Part shown: piece after piece, positions 26,538 to 36,356 of the stretch
Layout: each line of letters opens with the position of its first letter
How positions within the stretch are numbered: the stretch's first letter is position 1
From: Candidatus Babeliales bacterium
GTDB lineage: Bacteria; Babelota; Babeliae; Babelales; JABCYS01
Assembly (NCBI GenBank): GCA_016929235.1
Contig: JAFGJD010000005.1
Location: forward strand, 92,168 to 156,167
Direction of reading: 5' to 3'
Length of the DNA stretch: 64,000 nt
Notes under the pieces: model-generated
What the model was told of the DNA's origin: nothing
The model's input: the letters and a program-made list of their open reading frames with translations, nothing else
Database searches by the model: none
Position numbers and translations under genes: made by a program

Positions 26538-27443
26538 ATGAATGGTCTGATTACAAAGTTCGAAGCATATCTACTTACTGAAAAGCGCGTCTCGCATAAT
26601 ACATTTGATGCCTATAAGCGTGATATGGCACAGTTTCAAAGGTTTTTGGATGAAAAGAAGCTTATTCTACAAACAGTGCACCTTGATGAATTGAAAAAAT
26701 TTCTTGAATGGTTACATGTACGAAAAATTGGAGCACGAAGCTTGTCTCGTAAGATTTCATGTTTAAAAGCATTTTATAGATGGGCGGCCGAATATCACGG
26801 GCTTCATAATCCTGCTGCTGAACTTGCATTTCCCCGTATAGAAAAACGACTTCCTCAATACCTATCTGAAAAAGATATTGAAGCTTTACTCGAGGCAGCA
26901 AATAGCAACATAACACCGCTTGGAGTTCGCAACAAGGTGATTGTGTATTTGCTCTATGTGTCCGGAATGAGAATTAGTGAGCTTGTATCGCTCAAAAAAT
27001 CGCATATGCATTTTGATACAGGCCTAATCGTTGTCCAAGGTAAGGGCGGTAAAGAGCGTCAGATTCCATTGCCAGCGGAAGTTCTTGAACTTATGCGTCA
27101 TTACTTTAGTACTACGCATCGAAAGCTTACGCAGCAGGGCAACTTGTATGTTGAAACCGACTATGCATTTCCTGTGCTGTATGGCAAACGCGTCAAGCCA
27201 ATATCACGACAAGCGTTCTGGCTGATTCTCAAAAAACTGGCTCGTTCGGTTGGTATAAAAGATATGGTTTCACCACATAAATTACGACACTCGCTTGCAA
27301 CACATTTACTACACAAGGGAGCAGATCTCCGTTCATTGCAGCTTCTACTCGGCCACGAAAATCTATCAACAGTGCAGATCTATACGCATCTAGAGACAGG
27401 TCATTTGAGATCTATTTATGATAAGAAGCATCCTCGATCATAA
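26538..27443 (+). CDS. xerD: Tyrosine site-specific recombinase XerC/XerD
   Basis: It has an N-terminal SAM-like domain and catalytic-domain motifs: GMRISEL, HKLRHSLATHLL and LLGHENLSTVQIYTH (catalytic Tyr). Confidence 0.85.
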   Translation: MNGLITKFEAYLLTEKRVSHNTFDAYKRDMAQFQRFLDEKKLILQTVHLDELKKFLEWLHVRKIGARSLSRKISCLKAFYRWAAEYHGLHNPAAELAFPRIEKRLPQYLSEKDIEALLEAANSNITPLGVRNKVIVYLLYVSGMRISELVSLKKSHMHFDTGLIVVQGKGGKERQIPLPAEVLELMRHYFSTTHRKLTQQGNLYVETDYAFPVLYGKRVKPISRQAFWLILKKLARSVGIKDMVSPHKLRHSLATHLLHKGADLRSLQLLLGHENLSTVQIYTHLETGHLRSIYDKKHPRS

Positions 27444-27526
27444 GAATTTTTTATTTTTTATATGATCTGAGTATACTGCTACCAACCTTGCTGATATCTG
27501 TACACTTTTGTTGAGGACGATGCGTT

Positions 27527-28654
27527 ATGGAAAACAAGTTTGTGATTGAACAGAAGTCGATTTTGTCTGTTTTATCATCCATGCAACCTATATGCACAAA
27601 GCGAACAACACTGGATACGACAAACTATATTTTGTTTCATGTTGGTCATCGTGAACTTGTTCTCAAGAGCACAGATCTTGAAATTAGTTTGCAAGCAAAT
27701 TGCACCCTCAAAGAAAGTGATGTAACGGAAACACGTTCATTTCTTGTGTCAGGACGTCGGCTTTTTGATTTAGTAAAAGAGCTTGCTGATGATATTACCG
27801 TAACGATTGATGATACAAGTCTCGGCCTTACCTCAGGGACAGCGCAGCTTACGCTTAATATTAAGGATGCACAGGAATTTCCACCATTCCCAGAACGCAT
27901 TGAAAATTTGATGCATTTGGATGCAAAATTTGTACTTGAGCTACTCAATAAAGTTGCATTTCTAATTCCACAAAATAACGCAAATCCTGCACTTAACGGT
28001 TTATTTTTGGAACTTTCGTCGGCAGGCCTCAAGATGACTACAACAGATGGGCACTGTCTTGCACAGATTGCTACGAATAAATATAAGCTTGATGGCGAAA
28101 AGAAATGGCTTTTGCCGCGACGAGCAATTTTTGAAATTAAAAAAATTCTTGAAAGTTCAGACGATGCAACACTGTTCCTAGGAACTTGCGGCAACCAGCT
28201 GGTATTTTCAGGAACATCATTCAACTTCTTTACCAAATTACTTGTAGATCCATTTCCTAATTATTCGACCATTCTTGATCGCAATGGATTTATACCTGCA
28301 CGTCTGGATAGAACCAACTTTGTAAAAACTTTGCGCAGGTCGTCCGTCCTTCTATCAGGTCAGTTTATTGCTACAAAGTTTGCCTTTGAAAAGGAACGGC
28401 TCAGTGTTTCTCTGCATAATAAAGAGGTTGGAAAGCTAGACGAAGCACTTGCGTTGGAAGATTTTGACTCTGATAAAATGGAAATCAGATTTTACTCACC
28501 ATATCTTTTGAGTGGGCTTCAAGCATTCCAAGACGAAAAAAGTACATTCTATCTAAAGAATCCCGCTCGCCCAATCATTTTCGAGTCAAACGAAAAAGAA
28601 AAAGGATACATGTTAACGTATCTTGTCATGCCAGTATCCCCATCAACGCAATAA
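27527..28654 (+). CDS. dnaN: DNA polymerase III beta sliding clamp
   Basis: Its 375 aa fit the three-domain clamp layout. The sequence is DnaN-like throughout (LLNKVAFLIPQNNANPALNGLFLE, PNYSTIL, and others). It is followed by recF. Confidence 0.9.
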   Translation: MENKFVIEQKSILSVLSSMQPICTKRTTLDTTNYILFHVGHRELVLKSTDLEISLQANCTLKESDVTETRSFLVSGRRLFDLVKELADDITVTIDDTSLGLTSGTAQLTLNIKDAQEFPPFPERIENLMHLDAKFVLELLNKVAFLIPQNNANPALNGLFLELSSAGLKMTTTDGHCLAQIATNKYKLDGEKKWLLPRRAIFEIKKILESSDDATLFLGTCGNQLVFSGTSFNFFTKLLVDPFPNYSTILDRNGFIPARLDRTNFVKTLRRSSVLLSGQFIATKFAFEKERLSVSLHNKEVGKLDEALALEDFDSDKMEIRFYSPYLLSGLQAFQDEKSTFYLKNPARPIIFESNEKEKGYMLTYLVMPVSPSTQ

Positions 28655-28667
28655 CTTTTTCAAAGAC

Positions 28668-29783
28668 GTGCAGATAACAAGCCTTCACATAAAAAATTTT
28701 CGCTGCTTTTCGTCGCTTTCGGTGAATCTTGATGATCGTATCATTGTAATAGAAGGCGATAATGGTTCGGGTAAAACATCCTTGCTCGAGGCAATCCACT
28801 ATCTTTGTTATATGCGTTCATTCAGGACGCATATTCCACGAGACTTGGTAAATTTTGAAAAGGATTCATTTTTTGTTAAGGCACAGCTCTCTGTTGATGA
28901 TGCTCCCGCTGAAATTCAAGTTGGTTTTTCCGGAGCACGGAGACTTGTAAAATTTAATCAACGGCCGATACAATCATTTAAGGATCTTGTTCCACATTAT
29001 CGAGTCGTTACTCTGATCGAAGATGATCTTATGTTGATCAAAGGTGGCCCTGAGATTCGACGTGCATTTATTGATCAGGCATTGATACTTTCTAATCCAG
29101 ATTACCTGCTATCACTCAAATCATACCGCGCGGCAGTTGATCATCGAAATACCGTTTTAACTCAAAGTCATGTTGCGGATGATACGTACCGTTTTTGGAC
29201 AAAGCATCTGTGGGAGCAGGGTATCACCTTGCAAAAACAACGTAGGGACCTACTTGCCAACTTAGAACAGCGAGTGAATATTTTATTTAAAGAGCATTTT
29301 TCCGAGCAATCACCATTAGATATTACACTTGAATATCGTTCACGTAAGCACGCCGATGATGAGTCATTTGATACATTCTTGCAAGTGTACGGTGATTTGC
29401 TTAAGCAGGAAGAATTGCGGCTTGGTCGCTCCATGTTCGGCGCGCATCTGGATGATTTTGCCATTCATTTTCGTTCTAAAAAATCCAAGCTTTATGCTTC
29501 CCGTGGGCAACAAAAGCTTATTATGCTTCTACTCAAAATTGCACACGTACAGGAGATCATTGAGCAACATGGTCCCATCATTTTTTTACTCGATGATCTT
29601 ATGGCTGACTTTGATACTGCAACGCTTGAGCGGCTTGTCGCTATGTTGATCAATCTTAACTGTCAGCTCATTTTTACAATCCCCACGCAACCGTCTCAAT
29701 TAAAGGACCTCCTGACCATCCAGGGCGCTGTCATTATGAAATTGACAGATGGAAACATTTGCTCCGCTGCTGGCGATTTCTGA
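28668..29783 (+). CDS. recF: DNA replication and repair protein RecF
   Basis: The motifs are ITSLHIKNFRCF, Walker A GDNGSGKTSLLEAI, signature SRGQQKLIMLLLKIA and Walker B IFLLDDLMADFD. I prefer GTG 28668, just after the dnaN stop, over the track start 28623, which overlaps dnaN. Confidence 0.9.
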   Translation: MQITSLHIKNFRCFSSLSVNLDDRIIVIEGDNGSGKTSLLEAIHYLCYMRSFRTHIPRDLVNFEKDSFFVKAQLSVDDAPAEIQVGFSGARRLVKFNQRPIQSFKDLVPHYRVVTLIEDDLMLIKGGPEIRRAFIDQALILSNPDYLLSLKSYRAAVDHRNTVLTQSHVADDTYRFWTKHLWEQGITLQKQRRDLLANLEQRVNILFKEHFSEQSPLDITLEYRSRKHADDESFDTFLQVYGDLLKQEELRLGRSMFGAHLDDFAIHFRSKKSKLYASRGQQKLIMLLLKIAHVQEIIEQHGPIIFLLDDLMADFDTATLERLVAMLINLNCQLIFTIPTQPSQLKDLLTIQGAVIMKLTDGNICSAAGDF

Positions 29784-29843
29784 TTTTATTTCATTTGACA
29801 GACTTATAAAAACATCGTATTGTTTTTCGACAAATTTAAACCT

Positions 29844-30050
29844 ATGAAGGGGCTACTGATCGCAGTTTTCGCGCCCTTTGACATTATTAAATTTTTGCCC
29901 ATACTAGGTTTCTGTGATGACGCGTTCCTACTGTTGTTTTGGAACGCTTTAACTTTAGGCTTCATTACTACTCTCCTTTTTTCCACCGTATTGATCTACG
30001 ATCAGTGCGGTGGTTTTTTTGGATCAAATCTATTTCTTTTACTCCTCTAA
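29844..30050 (+). CDS. Small membrane protein, DUF1232/YkvA-like
   Basis: PFDIIKFLPILGFCDDAFLLL resembles the DUF1232 D-x-IP-D-x-IP-x-x-G-x-x-DD motif. It has two TM helices. Confidence 0.45.
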   Translation: MKGLLIAVFAPFDIIKFLPILGFCDDAFLLLFWNALTLGFITTLLFSTVLIYDQCGGFFGSNLFLLLL

Positions 30051-30098
30051 ATTTCCTATCCTAAACCTATAATTAGATAATGTAGGGGAAGGAATAAT

Positions 30099-31556
30099 AT
30101 GAGGTATCTATGGCTCATTACCTGTATCTCCATAATGTATGGAGCTATGGGCATAGAATTAGTTGATATAGGTCTAGAGGGGACGGTACTCACGGCTCAA
30201 GAGCTAGAACAGGCCAAGCGCGGCAACACCACCATAAGGCGCGATGTGCGGGATGCTGTCCTATGGCATCAAGCTATCCCTACTACGGGACTTCTGGAGA
30301 CAACACCTTACTTTCCCCCGCACTATCCCTATCTGCCGCATCAGTTTACCCTGTGGGAGCTTGCTCCTAATAAGGGTAGGGGGGTTTCTATCGGGATTAT
30401 CGATACAGCAATAGGACCTAATCCTGATCTCATGTTTGCCTACCAGACGATTAATCTCGTTCCTAAAATAGAGGGCTCTGTAACAACTGCTGGAGAACCA
30501 AAGCTCAGCCATGGGAGCCATACCATGGGCATTATTTCAGGAATAGATGATGGAGGGGAGAACCGTTCGCCTTCTCAGGATACAGGAATTAGCGGCCTTG
30601 CCCCTAATGCTACTATTACGTTGCTTAATGCGTTTGAGAATGGTAAAAGCTCCAAGAATATGCTTACCAGGGCCCTTGAGGAAGCCCATCGGCAGAATAT
30701 TGATATTGTTAATATGGGCCTTAAAATTGCTGAATCCATTAATCTAGACGATCAATCTACCAAGGAGCTTGAACGCGCGATTGGTCATATTCCTTATACT
30801 GTAACGGCTGCGGGAAACTCAGGAACATCCCATCTTTCTTATCCCGCAAAATTTCCATGTGTAACCTTCGATGTTGGAGCCTTTAAGTATAAAGATAACG
30901 CGTATCCTATATTTGAGGTATCGCAACATGAAGAGGGGATAGGGCCACTTTTTGTAGCACCTGGCTACAATATTTTGAGCTCAGGCTATCCGGATAATGA
31001 TCAAGCGACCTATGTCTTTATGGGTGGGACATCCACAGCAGCGCCAATAATGACAGGTTTTGTTGCACTTATGCTAGGTGAGTTCAAAGACACCTTTACG
31101 AAACCCCAGCTGCTTGCGGTTGTGTATACATCGGGGTTCTTTATGCATGACACACAAAGCTGGAAATCGCACTCATTGCTAGGAACTCTTGATATGAGAA
31201 CAGCTTTATTTGTATTACATTGCTTGAATTATATACGAGATCACTATCCAGATGTGGATTTTGCCGATAAGGCACAATTTGAGACAGCTGTAGCGATACT
31301 ACACGATATGCTGCTACAGCCAATTGGCGGGCAAGCAGCAAAGCAAAATTTTGCAGTATTTTTAAACCAGAATGCTCACCAATCTCCACATCCAACTAAT
31401 CTTAATCTTTCTCAGGTAGTTGCTTCTGTTGCTCATAAGGCATACCAAAAGTTGGGTGGTGTAAAAAATCAAAAAAACAGTACACTATTCTCACACTTAC
31501 CACAGTACACACAGCAACGAATTGAAAAAAAGCTGAAATGTAGTTCTGAATCTTAG
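30099..31556 (+). CDS. Secreted subtilisin-like serine protease (peptidase S8)
   Basis: It has a signal peptide and the catalytic triad contexts GIIDTAI (Asp), SHGSHTMGII (His) and GGTSTAAPIMTG (Ser). Confidence 0.85.
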   Translation: MRYLWLITCISIMYGAMGIELVDIGLEGTVLTAQELEQAKRGNTTIRRDVRDAVLWHQAIPTTGLLETTPYFPPHYPYLPHQFTLWELAPNKGRGVSIGIIDTAIGPNPDLMFAYQTINLVPKIEGSVTTAGEPKLSHGSHTMGIISGIDDGGENRSPSQDTGISGLAPNATITLLNAFENGKSSKNMLTRALEEAHRQNIDIVNMGLKIAESINLDDQSTKELERAIGHIPYTVTAAGNSGTSHLSYPAKFPCVTFDVGAFKYKDNAYPIFEVSQHEEGIGPLFVAPGYNILSSGYPDNDQATYVFMGGTSTAAPIMTGFVALMLGEFKDTFTKPQLLAVVYTSGFFMHDTQSWKSHSLLGTLDMRTALFVLHCLNYIRDHYPDVDFADKAQFETAVAILHDMLLQPIGGQAAKQNFAVFLNQNAHQSPHPTNLNLSQVVASVAHKAYQKLGGVKNQKNSTLFSHLPQYTQQRIEKKLKCSSES

Positions 31557-31574
31557 GTTTGGGGATCTGGTCAT

Positions 31575-32786
31575 ATGAATAAAATCATTATAGCGCTGGT
31601 ATTCTTGGGGAATGCGTTGTGTGCGCAGGAGTATCTCTATCCTGTGGGAAAGATACAAGATGAAGGGCGCACCATGGTGTATCTTATACATCAGCGCTCG
31701 CCATCTCATATAAATCTTCTTATATGGAATCCTGTTACCTATGAAACATCGCCTGGTCTACTCTCTACATATACCCCGGCAAGCTTTACGTTACTTCCAG
31801 ATCAAAGTGGATTTAGTTTCATTGATCATGGGAGAGTTCGCATAAAAAATTTTAATAAACGATCTCCAAAAGCAATTAGTTTTAGATATCCCATAGATGA
31901 CATTACTAAGATTTGTTGGCTTTCCAATGAAACGTTTTATTTCTCGGGAAGGCCTGGACATCGCTTTGGTATTTTTGCAGCAAATCTCCAGGGCGATGTT
32001 ATACCGCTGATTCATGACACGATTAATGATTATCTTTATCCGCAAAGGATTGGATCTGAACTATTCTGTATTAAGAGAACACCTCAGGGAACCTATTCGA
32101 TTATAACCACCCATGTTTCTGATATTAATCTGACAAATAGAAGCTCTTCATTAAATGAAGAAGAATTTCATGCTGCAGTACTCCAAATGATGTATGAAGA
32201 CGCGGAACCGGTATTTGCAGCCCCAGACTTAGAAGATGTTTTTTCTGATGACACAACGGCATTAATTTTTCTTACAATGGTCTCTGAGGCCGAGGGTTTT
32301 GTTATTCAACATCCTCGGACAATCGAATCAGATACACATATGATTAAATTTTCGTATTGCCACATCATCAAAAATAATAACACCTGGAAGAATGAACAGT
32401 TGTTTGCGTTTACTCTTCCAGCAAAATTCATTCGTCGTGGCTCAGACGATCTTTTGTATGAAAACATTCTACCATTGCTTCCTCGCGTTTTTGGTAATGA
32501 TATTTTTTATGCTCATTGTGATGATTCAGATCATTGTAAAACCAACTTATTCAGTTTTGATATGACCAATCATCATTCGGAACGGCGTTCGCTGCCTATA
32601 TCACACGAGCTTTTAGATTCTGCAAGTTTTTCACCTCTCACCGTAGATCCATTTGTCTTTTATGGCGGGAAAATTTCATATGCCTATGATCAACCAAGCG
32701 GCTATGGAACAACACCAACATTGTGGATCAATGAGCGAGGCATTTTATGTGCTGCTTTGCCTATGATAAATAATGCGTTACTCTAA
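31575..32786 (+). CDS. Hypothetical secreted protein, possibly TolB/PD40-like beta-propeller
   Basis: The signal peptide is MNKIIIALVFLGNALCA. It is beta-rich, with one PD40-like stretch (FTLLPDQSGFSFIDHGRVRI). The family call is weak. Confidence 0.4.
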   Translation: MNKIIIALVFLGNALCAQEYLYPVGKIQDEGRTMVYLIHQRSPSHINLLIWNPVTYETSPGLLSTYTPASFTLLPDQSGFSFIDHGRVRIKNFNKRSPKAISFRYPIDDITKICWLSNETFYFSGRPGHRFGIFAANLQGDVIPLIHDTINDYLYPQRIGSELFCIKRTPQGTYSIITTHVSDINLTNRSSSLNEEEFHAAVLQMMYEDAEPVFAAPDLEDVFSDDTTALIFLTMVSEAEGFVIQHPRTIESDTHMIKFSYCHIIKNNNTWKNEQLFAFTLPAKFIRRGSDDLLYENILPLLPRVFGNDIFYAHCDDSDHCKTNLFSFDMTNHHSERRSLPISHELLDSASFSPLTVDPFVFYGGKISYAYDQPSGYGTTPTLWINERGILCAALPMINNALL

Positions 32787-32832
32787 ACGGTGATTACAAG
32801 CGCATTCGCATCACGTTCGTGAAGGAATATCC

Positions 32833-33129
32833 ATGATTTTTTCGTTAAAAAAATTAACATTGCTTATTATATTTATCATAGGAAGTATGGTGACAAAAAC
32901 AATGCCAGACCCCACAAAATCATCGGATGCTTATCGACGGGCCGTGGAAGGCTTGGTTATGCAATGGAGAATTTCAGGAAAAAATATGCATGGTGATTGG
33001 GGCTTGCGGAACTTTCACGAGAGATCATTTGTATATGCAATGCAAGCACCTGGCTTCCCAGAAGGTTCCGATTATGGGGTTGTTGCAGCTTATTTATCAC
33101 AACGCTATCCAGATGCAAGGCCAAGCTGA
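32833..33129 (+). CDS. Small hypothetical secreted protein
   Basis: The N-terminal segment LTLLIIFIIGSMV is signal-like. I recognised no family. Confidence 0.4.
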   Translation: MIFSLKKLTLLIIFIIGSMVTKTMPDPTKSSDAYRRAVEGLVMQWRISGKNMHGDWGLRNFHERSFVYAMQAPGFPEGSDYGVVAAYLSQRYPDARPS

Positions 33130-33171
33130 TTTTACATAAGATCCATTATCAGGAGGTAAAAGTTTTGGTCT

Positions 33172-33648
33172 CTATGGATATGTCACCAACATGATCGGCA
33201 TAGATTCATGGAACTTGAGATCCTTGAGTTGTTTTCTAAAAACCTTATACCAAGGCATGGTAACAAGATCATTCGTAACCTCAATCCAGAGAAAATCACT
33301 ATAAAAATGGTCACAGAGAAATTCAGAGAGATCATTATATGGATAACTCAACCATCCCCCAGCCTCTAACTCTTTTAGGACAGAGACAATGGAATTGCCA
33401 AGTGGAATTGAACTGACTGAGAGACATGCAACTTCATTATAATAATTAAATGACCCAAGGAAGGTTTTCATGAGCTCTCGGCCATGAAAAACATCCCTAA
33501 CCATGATTGAATGGAATCCGTTGGTTAAAAATTTATCGCTTAATGTTAGGATTTCTTGTTCTGCGGCTGAAAGATCTATCGTTGTTGTTGGTACCGCTGC
33601 GCCGAATCTAAGTATCGCGTTAGTATTCATTGTTGCGTCTCGTTTCAT
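33172..33648 (-). CDS. Hypothetical cytoplasmic protein
   Basis: It is a 158-aa ORF with plausible composition and no motif I recognised. The start may be ATG 33630. Confidence 0.45.
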   Translation of the reverse strand: MKRDATMNTNAILRFGAAVPTTTIDLSAAEQEILTLSDKFLTNGFHSIMVRDVFHGRELMKTFLGSFNYYNEVACLSVSSIPLGNSIVSVLKELEAGGWLSYPYNDLSEFLCDHFYSDFLWIEVTNDLVTMPWYKVFRKQLKDLKFHESMPIMLVTYP

Positions 33649-33909
33649 GGCTTACCCCTCCCGGTTTATCCCCCCATTGAGTAATCCCCTGCATTCCTAT
33701 CATGAGTTGCGCCATTTGTGTCATAGTTTGTTGTAAACTTTTAATGCTTCTAAAACATACAAAAAAAATGATATAAAAATCAAGTTTTTATATCAATATG
33801 AAAAGTAACAACAAAAAAATGAATCAAAAATAAAGATACATAAGGAATAAAATCAATAAGATACGAACTGTAACAAAAAAATGAATTTGATTGTTAAATA
33901 GTGCAACAG

Positions 33910-34398
33910 TCACTTTTGGGCGCTGATAATCTTTTTTGTGTTCCATAAACCACAAACTGAAACTGCAAGCGCGTCTGTGACATCGAATTTTTTTGGCATC
34001 AGTAATCCGGGAAATAGCCGTAGGAGCATGCGAGCAACCTGTTCTTTACTAGCGCCACCATATCCTGTTAACGACTGCTTAACCTCACGTGGCGAAAACT
34101 CGTGGAGTGTAATTGAGTTGCTATATGCAAGATGATAAATGATGCCTCGCAAATATCCAAGTTTCAAAAAGTTTTGAGCATTTTTGCCAAGAAATGGAGT
34201 TTCGATTGCAATATCGGTTACGTGCCATGTTTGAATAAGATGCAGCATATTGTCATGAAATTTTGAGACACGCTCTGGTAATCCCTTTGTTCCTAAGCGC
34301 AAGAATCCATAATCAAGTAAGACCGAACGTTGCTTGTCTTTTTTTAACACTCCATAGCCACTGATGATGGTTCCGGGATCGACGCCGAGAATGATCAT
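33910..34398 (-). CDS. ruvC: Holliday-junction resolvase RuvC
   Basis: The motifs are MIILGVDPGTIISGYGVL, AIETPF and DVTDALAVSVC. Confidence 0.92.
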   Translation of the reverse strand: MIILGVDPGTIISGYGVLKKDKQRSVLLDYGFLRLGTKGLPERVSKFHDNMLHLIQTWHVTDIAIETPFLGKNAQNFLKLGYLRGIIYHLAYSNSITLHEFSPREVKQSLTGYGGASKEQVARMLLRLFPGLLMPKKFDVTDALAVSVCGLWNTKKIISAQK

Positions 34399-34424
34399 TC
34401 TCTCTCCTTTTCATACGAACATCT

Positions 34425-35798
34425 TTACTGTTCGTATTCCGCATCCTCAAACTTCGTAAGTTCTTTAAGGAAGTTCAAATAGGCAGTACCAGTTGGTCCA
34501 TTCCGCTGCTTACCTATAATCAGCTCGGCAAGCGCAGGGTTATCGGTCTCAGGATGATACACGACATCACGATATAAAAACATTATCAAATCGGCATCCT
34601 GTTCGATTGCTCCGGATTCACGCAAATCAGAGAGCATCGGTCGCTTATCCATGCGACTATCAACTGCACGTGATAACTGTGACAATGCAATAACTGGAAT
34701 AGCAAGCTCTTTGGCAAGAGCCTTAAGCGCGCGCGATATTTCTGAAACCTCCTGATGTCGGTTTTCATGGCGACCAGGTGCACGTAGCAATTGGAGATAA
34801 TCAACAATTAATAATTGAAGCCCATGCTCAGCTTTGAGCTTGCGAGCCTTGGCACGCAGTTCCATTACATTGAGCATTGCAGTATCATCAATAAAAATTT
34901 TTCGTGAAGCTAATGAACTAGCAACATTAGTAAGTGTTAGCCATTCATCAGAGGTTATAGTTGCATTGCGAATATTGTGATGTGGTATGCCAGACTCTGA
35001 TGATAGCAAGCGTAACGTGAGTTGTTCTGCTGACATTTCGAGCGAAAAGAAGCCAACGGTAAAATCATGGCGCGCCGCATTGATCGCAGCGTTGAGTGCA
35101 ATACCAGTCTTACCCATCGAGGGGCGCCCTGCTACAACGATTAAGTCGCTTTTTTGAAAACCCGACGTAAGATGATCTAGTTTTGCAAAACCACTCGGCA
35201 CTCCGGTAATACCATGCGCGTGTGTCTTGATTTCGTTAATGTGTTGGAATGTTCGCTTCAACCAAATATTCAGTTGTGTAAAACTTTGGTTTGCACGTTT
35301 GTGCGATATATTGAAAATCGTTTTTTCAGCGTTATCAAGAACCGCTTCTATTGCTTTATCCTGTTGATCATAGCATGTCGTGATAATGTCAACGGCAGAA
35401 CCAATGAGATCACGAAGCACTGATTTTTCTTTGATAATACGTGCATGGGATTCAATCATACCTGCTGACGGAATCTCATCTTGCAACGATAGGAGGTACG
35501 ATGATCCACCGATTGCTTCCAATTGATCTTTCTTTTTCAGCTCATCTTGTAAGGTAACTAAATCAACGCGATTAAATTTCTCGGCCAGTTCCAAAATGGT
35601 TTCATATACAATGCGATGTGGTGCACTGTAAAAATCTTGTGCTAATAAAAAATCAGACACTGATGAAAGTGTCTGATCATCTAATAAGATTGCACCAAGA
35701 ACAGCTTTTTCTGCTTCCGTATTAAACGGCAGTTCTTTTCCAAGAATGGTTTCAGGTGCTATAGAAAGATTCCGTTGTTCTTGTTTTCGCTTTTGCAT
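34425..35798 (-). CDS. dnaB: Replicative DNA helicase DnaB
   Basis: The motifs are LPFNTEAEKAVLGAILLD, Walker A GRPSMGKTGIALN, LLIVDYLQLL and KQRNGPTG. Confidence 0.95.
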   Translation of the reverse strand: MQKRKQEQRNLSIAPETILGKELPFNTEAEKAVLGAILLDDQTLSSVSDFLLAQDFYSAPHRIVYETILELAEKFNRVDLVTLQDELKKKDQLEAIGGSSYLLSLQDEIPSAGMIESHARIIKEKSVLRDLIGSAVDIITTCYDQQDKAIEAVLDNAEKTIFNISHKRANQSFTQLNIWLKRTFQHINEIKTHAHGITGVPSGFAKLDHLTSGFQKSDLIVVAGRPSMGKTGIALNAAINAARHDFTVGFFSLEMSAEQLTLRLLSSESGIPHHNIRNATITSDEWLTLTNVASSLASRKIFIDDTAMLNVMELRAKARKLKAEHGLQLLIVDYLQLLRAPGRHENRHQEVSEISRALKALAKELAIPVIALSQLSRAVDSRMDKRPMLSDLRESGAIEQDADLIMFLYRDVVYHPETDNPALAELIIGKQRNGPTGTAYLNFLKELTKFEDAEYEQ

Positions 35799-35809
35799 GC
35801 GTTAGCTGC

Positions 35810-36259
35810 TTAATCTTGTTCTGGAACAATTTTCAAGAGGACTGTCGGTTGAAGTCGTGATGATAATTTAATGGTGATGTGGTGTACACCTTTTTCTTTA
35901 ATGTTTTTATCAAAGATGACTTGATTTTTCGCAACCTTTACACCTTCATCCGCCAGTAACTCCATAACTTCCATAGGGCTGACTGAACCATAAAGTTTAC
36001 CGTCGTCGTGAACCTTACGTTTGAGGATTAGTTTTAGTGACCGAATTTTTTCTGCAAGCATTGAGGTTTCAGTTGCGATCGCAGTTTTACGGTCTTGTAT
36101 TACTTTTACACGCTTTGCAAAGCTTGATTCGTTGTGGGGTGTTACCTGTTCGGCCAATTTTTTAGGGAATAGATAGTTCGCTGCAAATCCATCTGAGACT
36201 TTGACCATTTCCCCGGCAATGCCTACTTTGGCCACGTCTTTCAGTAAAAACACCTTCAT
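35810..36259 (-). CDS. rplI: Ribosomal protein L9
   Basis: MKVFLLKDVAKVGIAGEMVKVSDGFAANYLFPKKLA. Confidence 0.93.
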   Translation of the reverse strand: MKVFLLKDVAKVGIAGEMVKVSDGFAANYLFPKKLAEQVTPHNESSFAKRVKVIQDRKTAIATETSMLAEKIRSLKLILKRKVHDDGKLYGSVSPMEVMELLADEGVKVAKNQVIFDKNIKEKGVHHITIKLSSRLQPTVLLKIVPEQD

Positions 36260-36356
36260 AATTATCCTTGTATGCTAGCAATAGAATTGACGTTGTTCGA
36301 TAGTGCACTCGGCACAAGACAGAGTTGAGTATAGAAAAAAACAAAGCGGTTGAGAA

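Noticed and set aside
26538-27443. The tyrosine recombinase as a marker of a prophage or integrative element.
   Set aside because: It has the XerC/D-type N-terminal domain and size. It is flanked by proS and dnaN, with no tRNA, att-like repeats, or phage or conjugation genes.
27646-28236. A 196-aa minus ORF antisense to dnaN.
   Set aside because: It lies entirely inside the well-supported dnaN frame. Its Ser/Arg-rich translation has no motif.
28623-28667. The track start of recF, which overlaps dnaN by 32 nt.
   Set aside because: The conserved RecF N-terminus (ITSLHIKNFRCF) begins right after GTG 28668, which follows the dnaN stop. The upstream extension (MSCQYPHQRNNFFKD) has no RecF counterpart.
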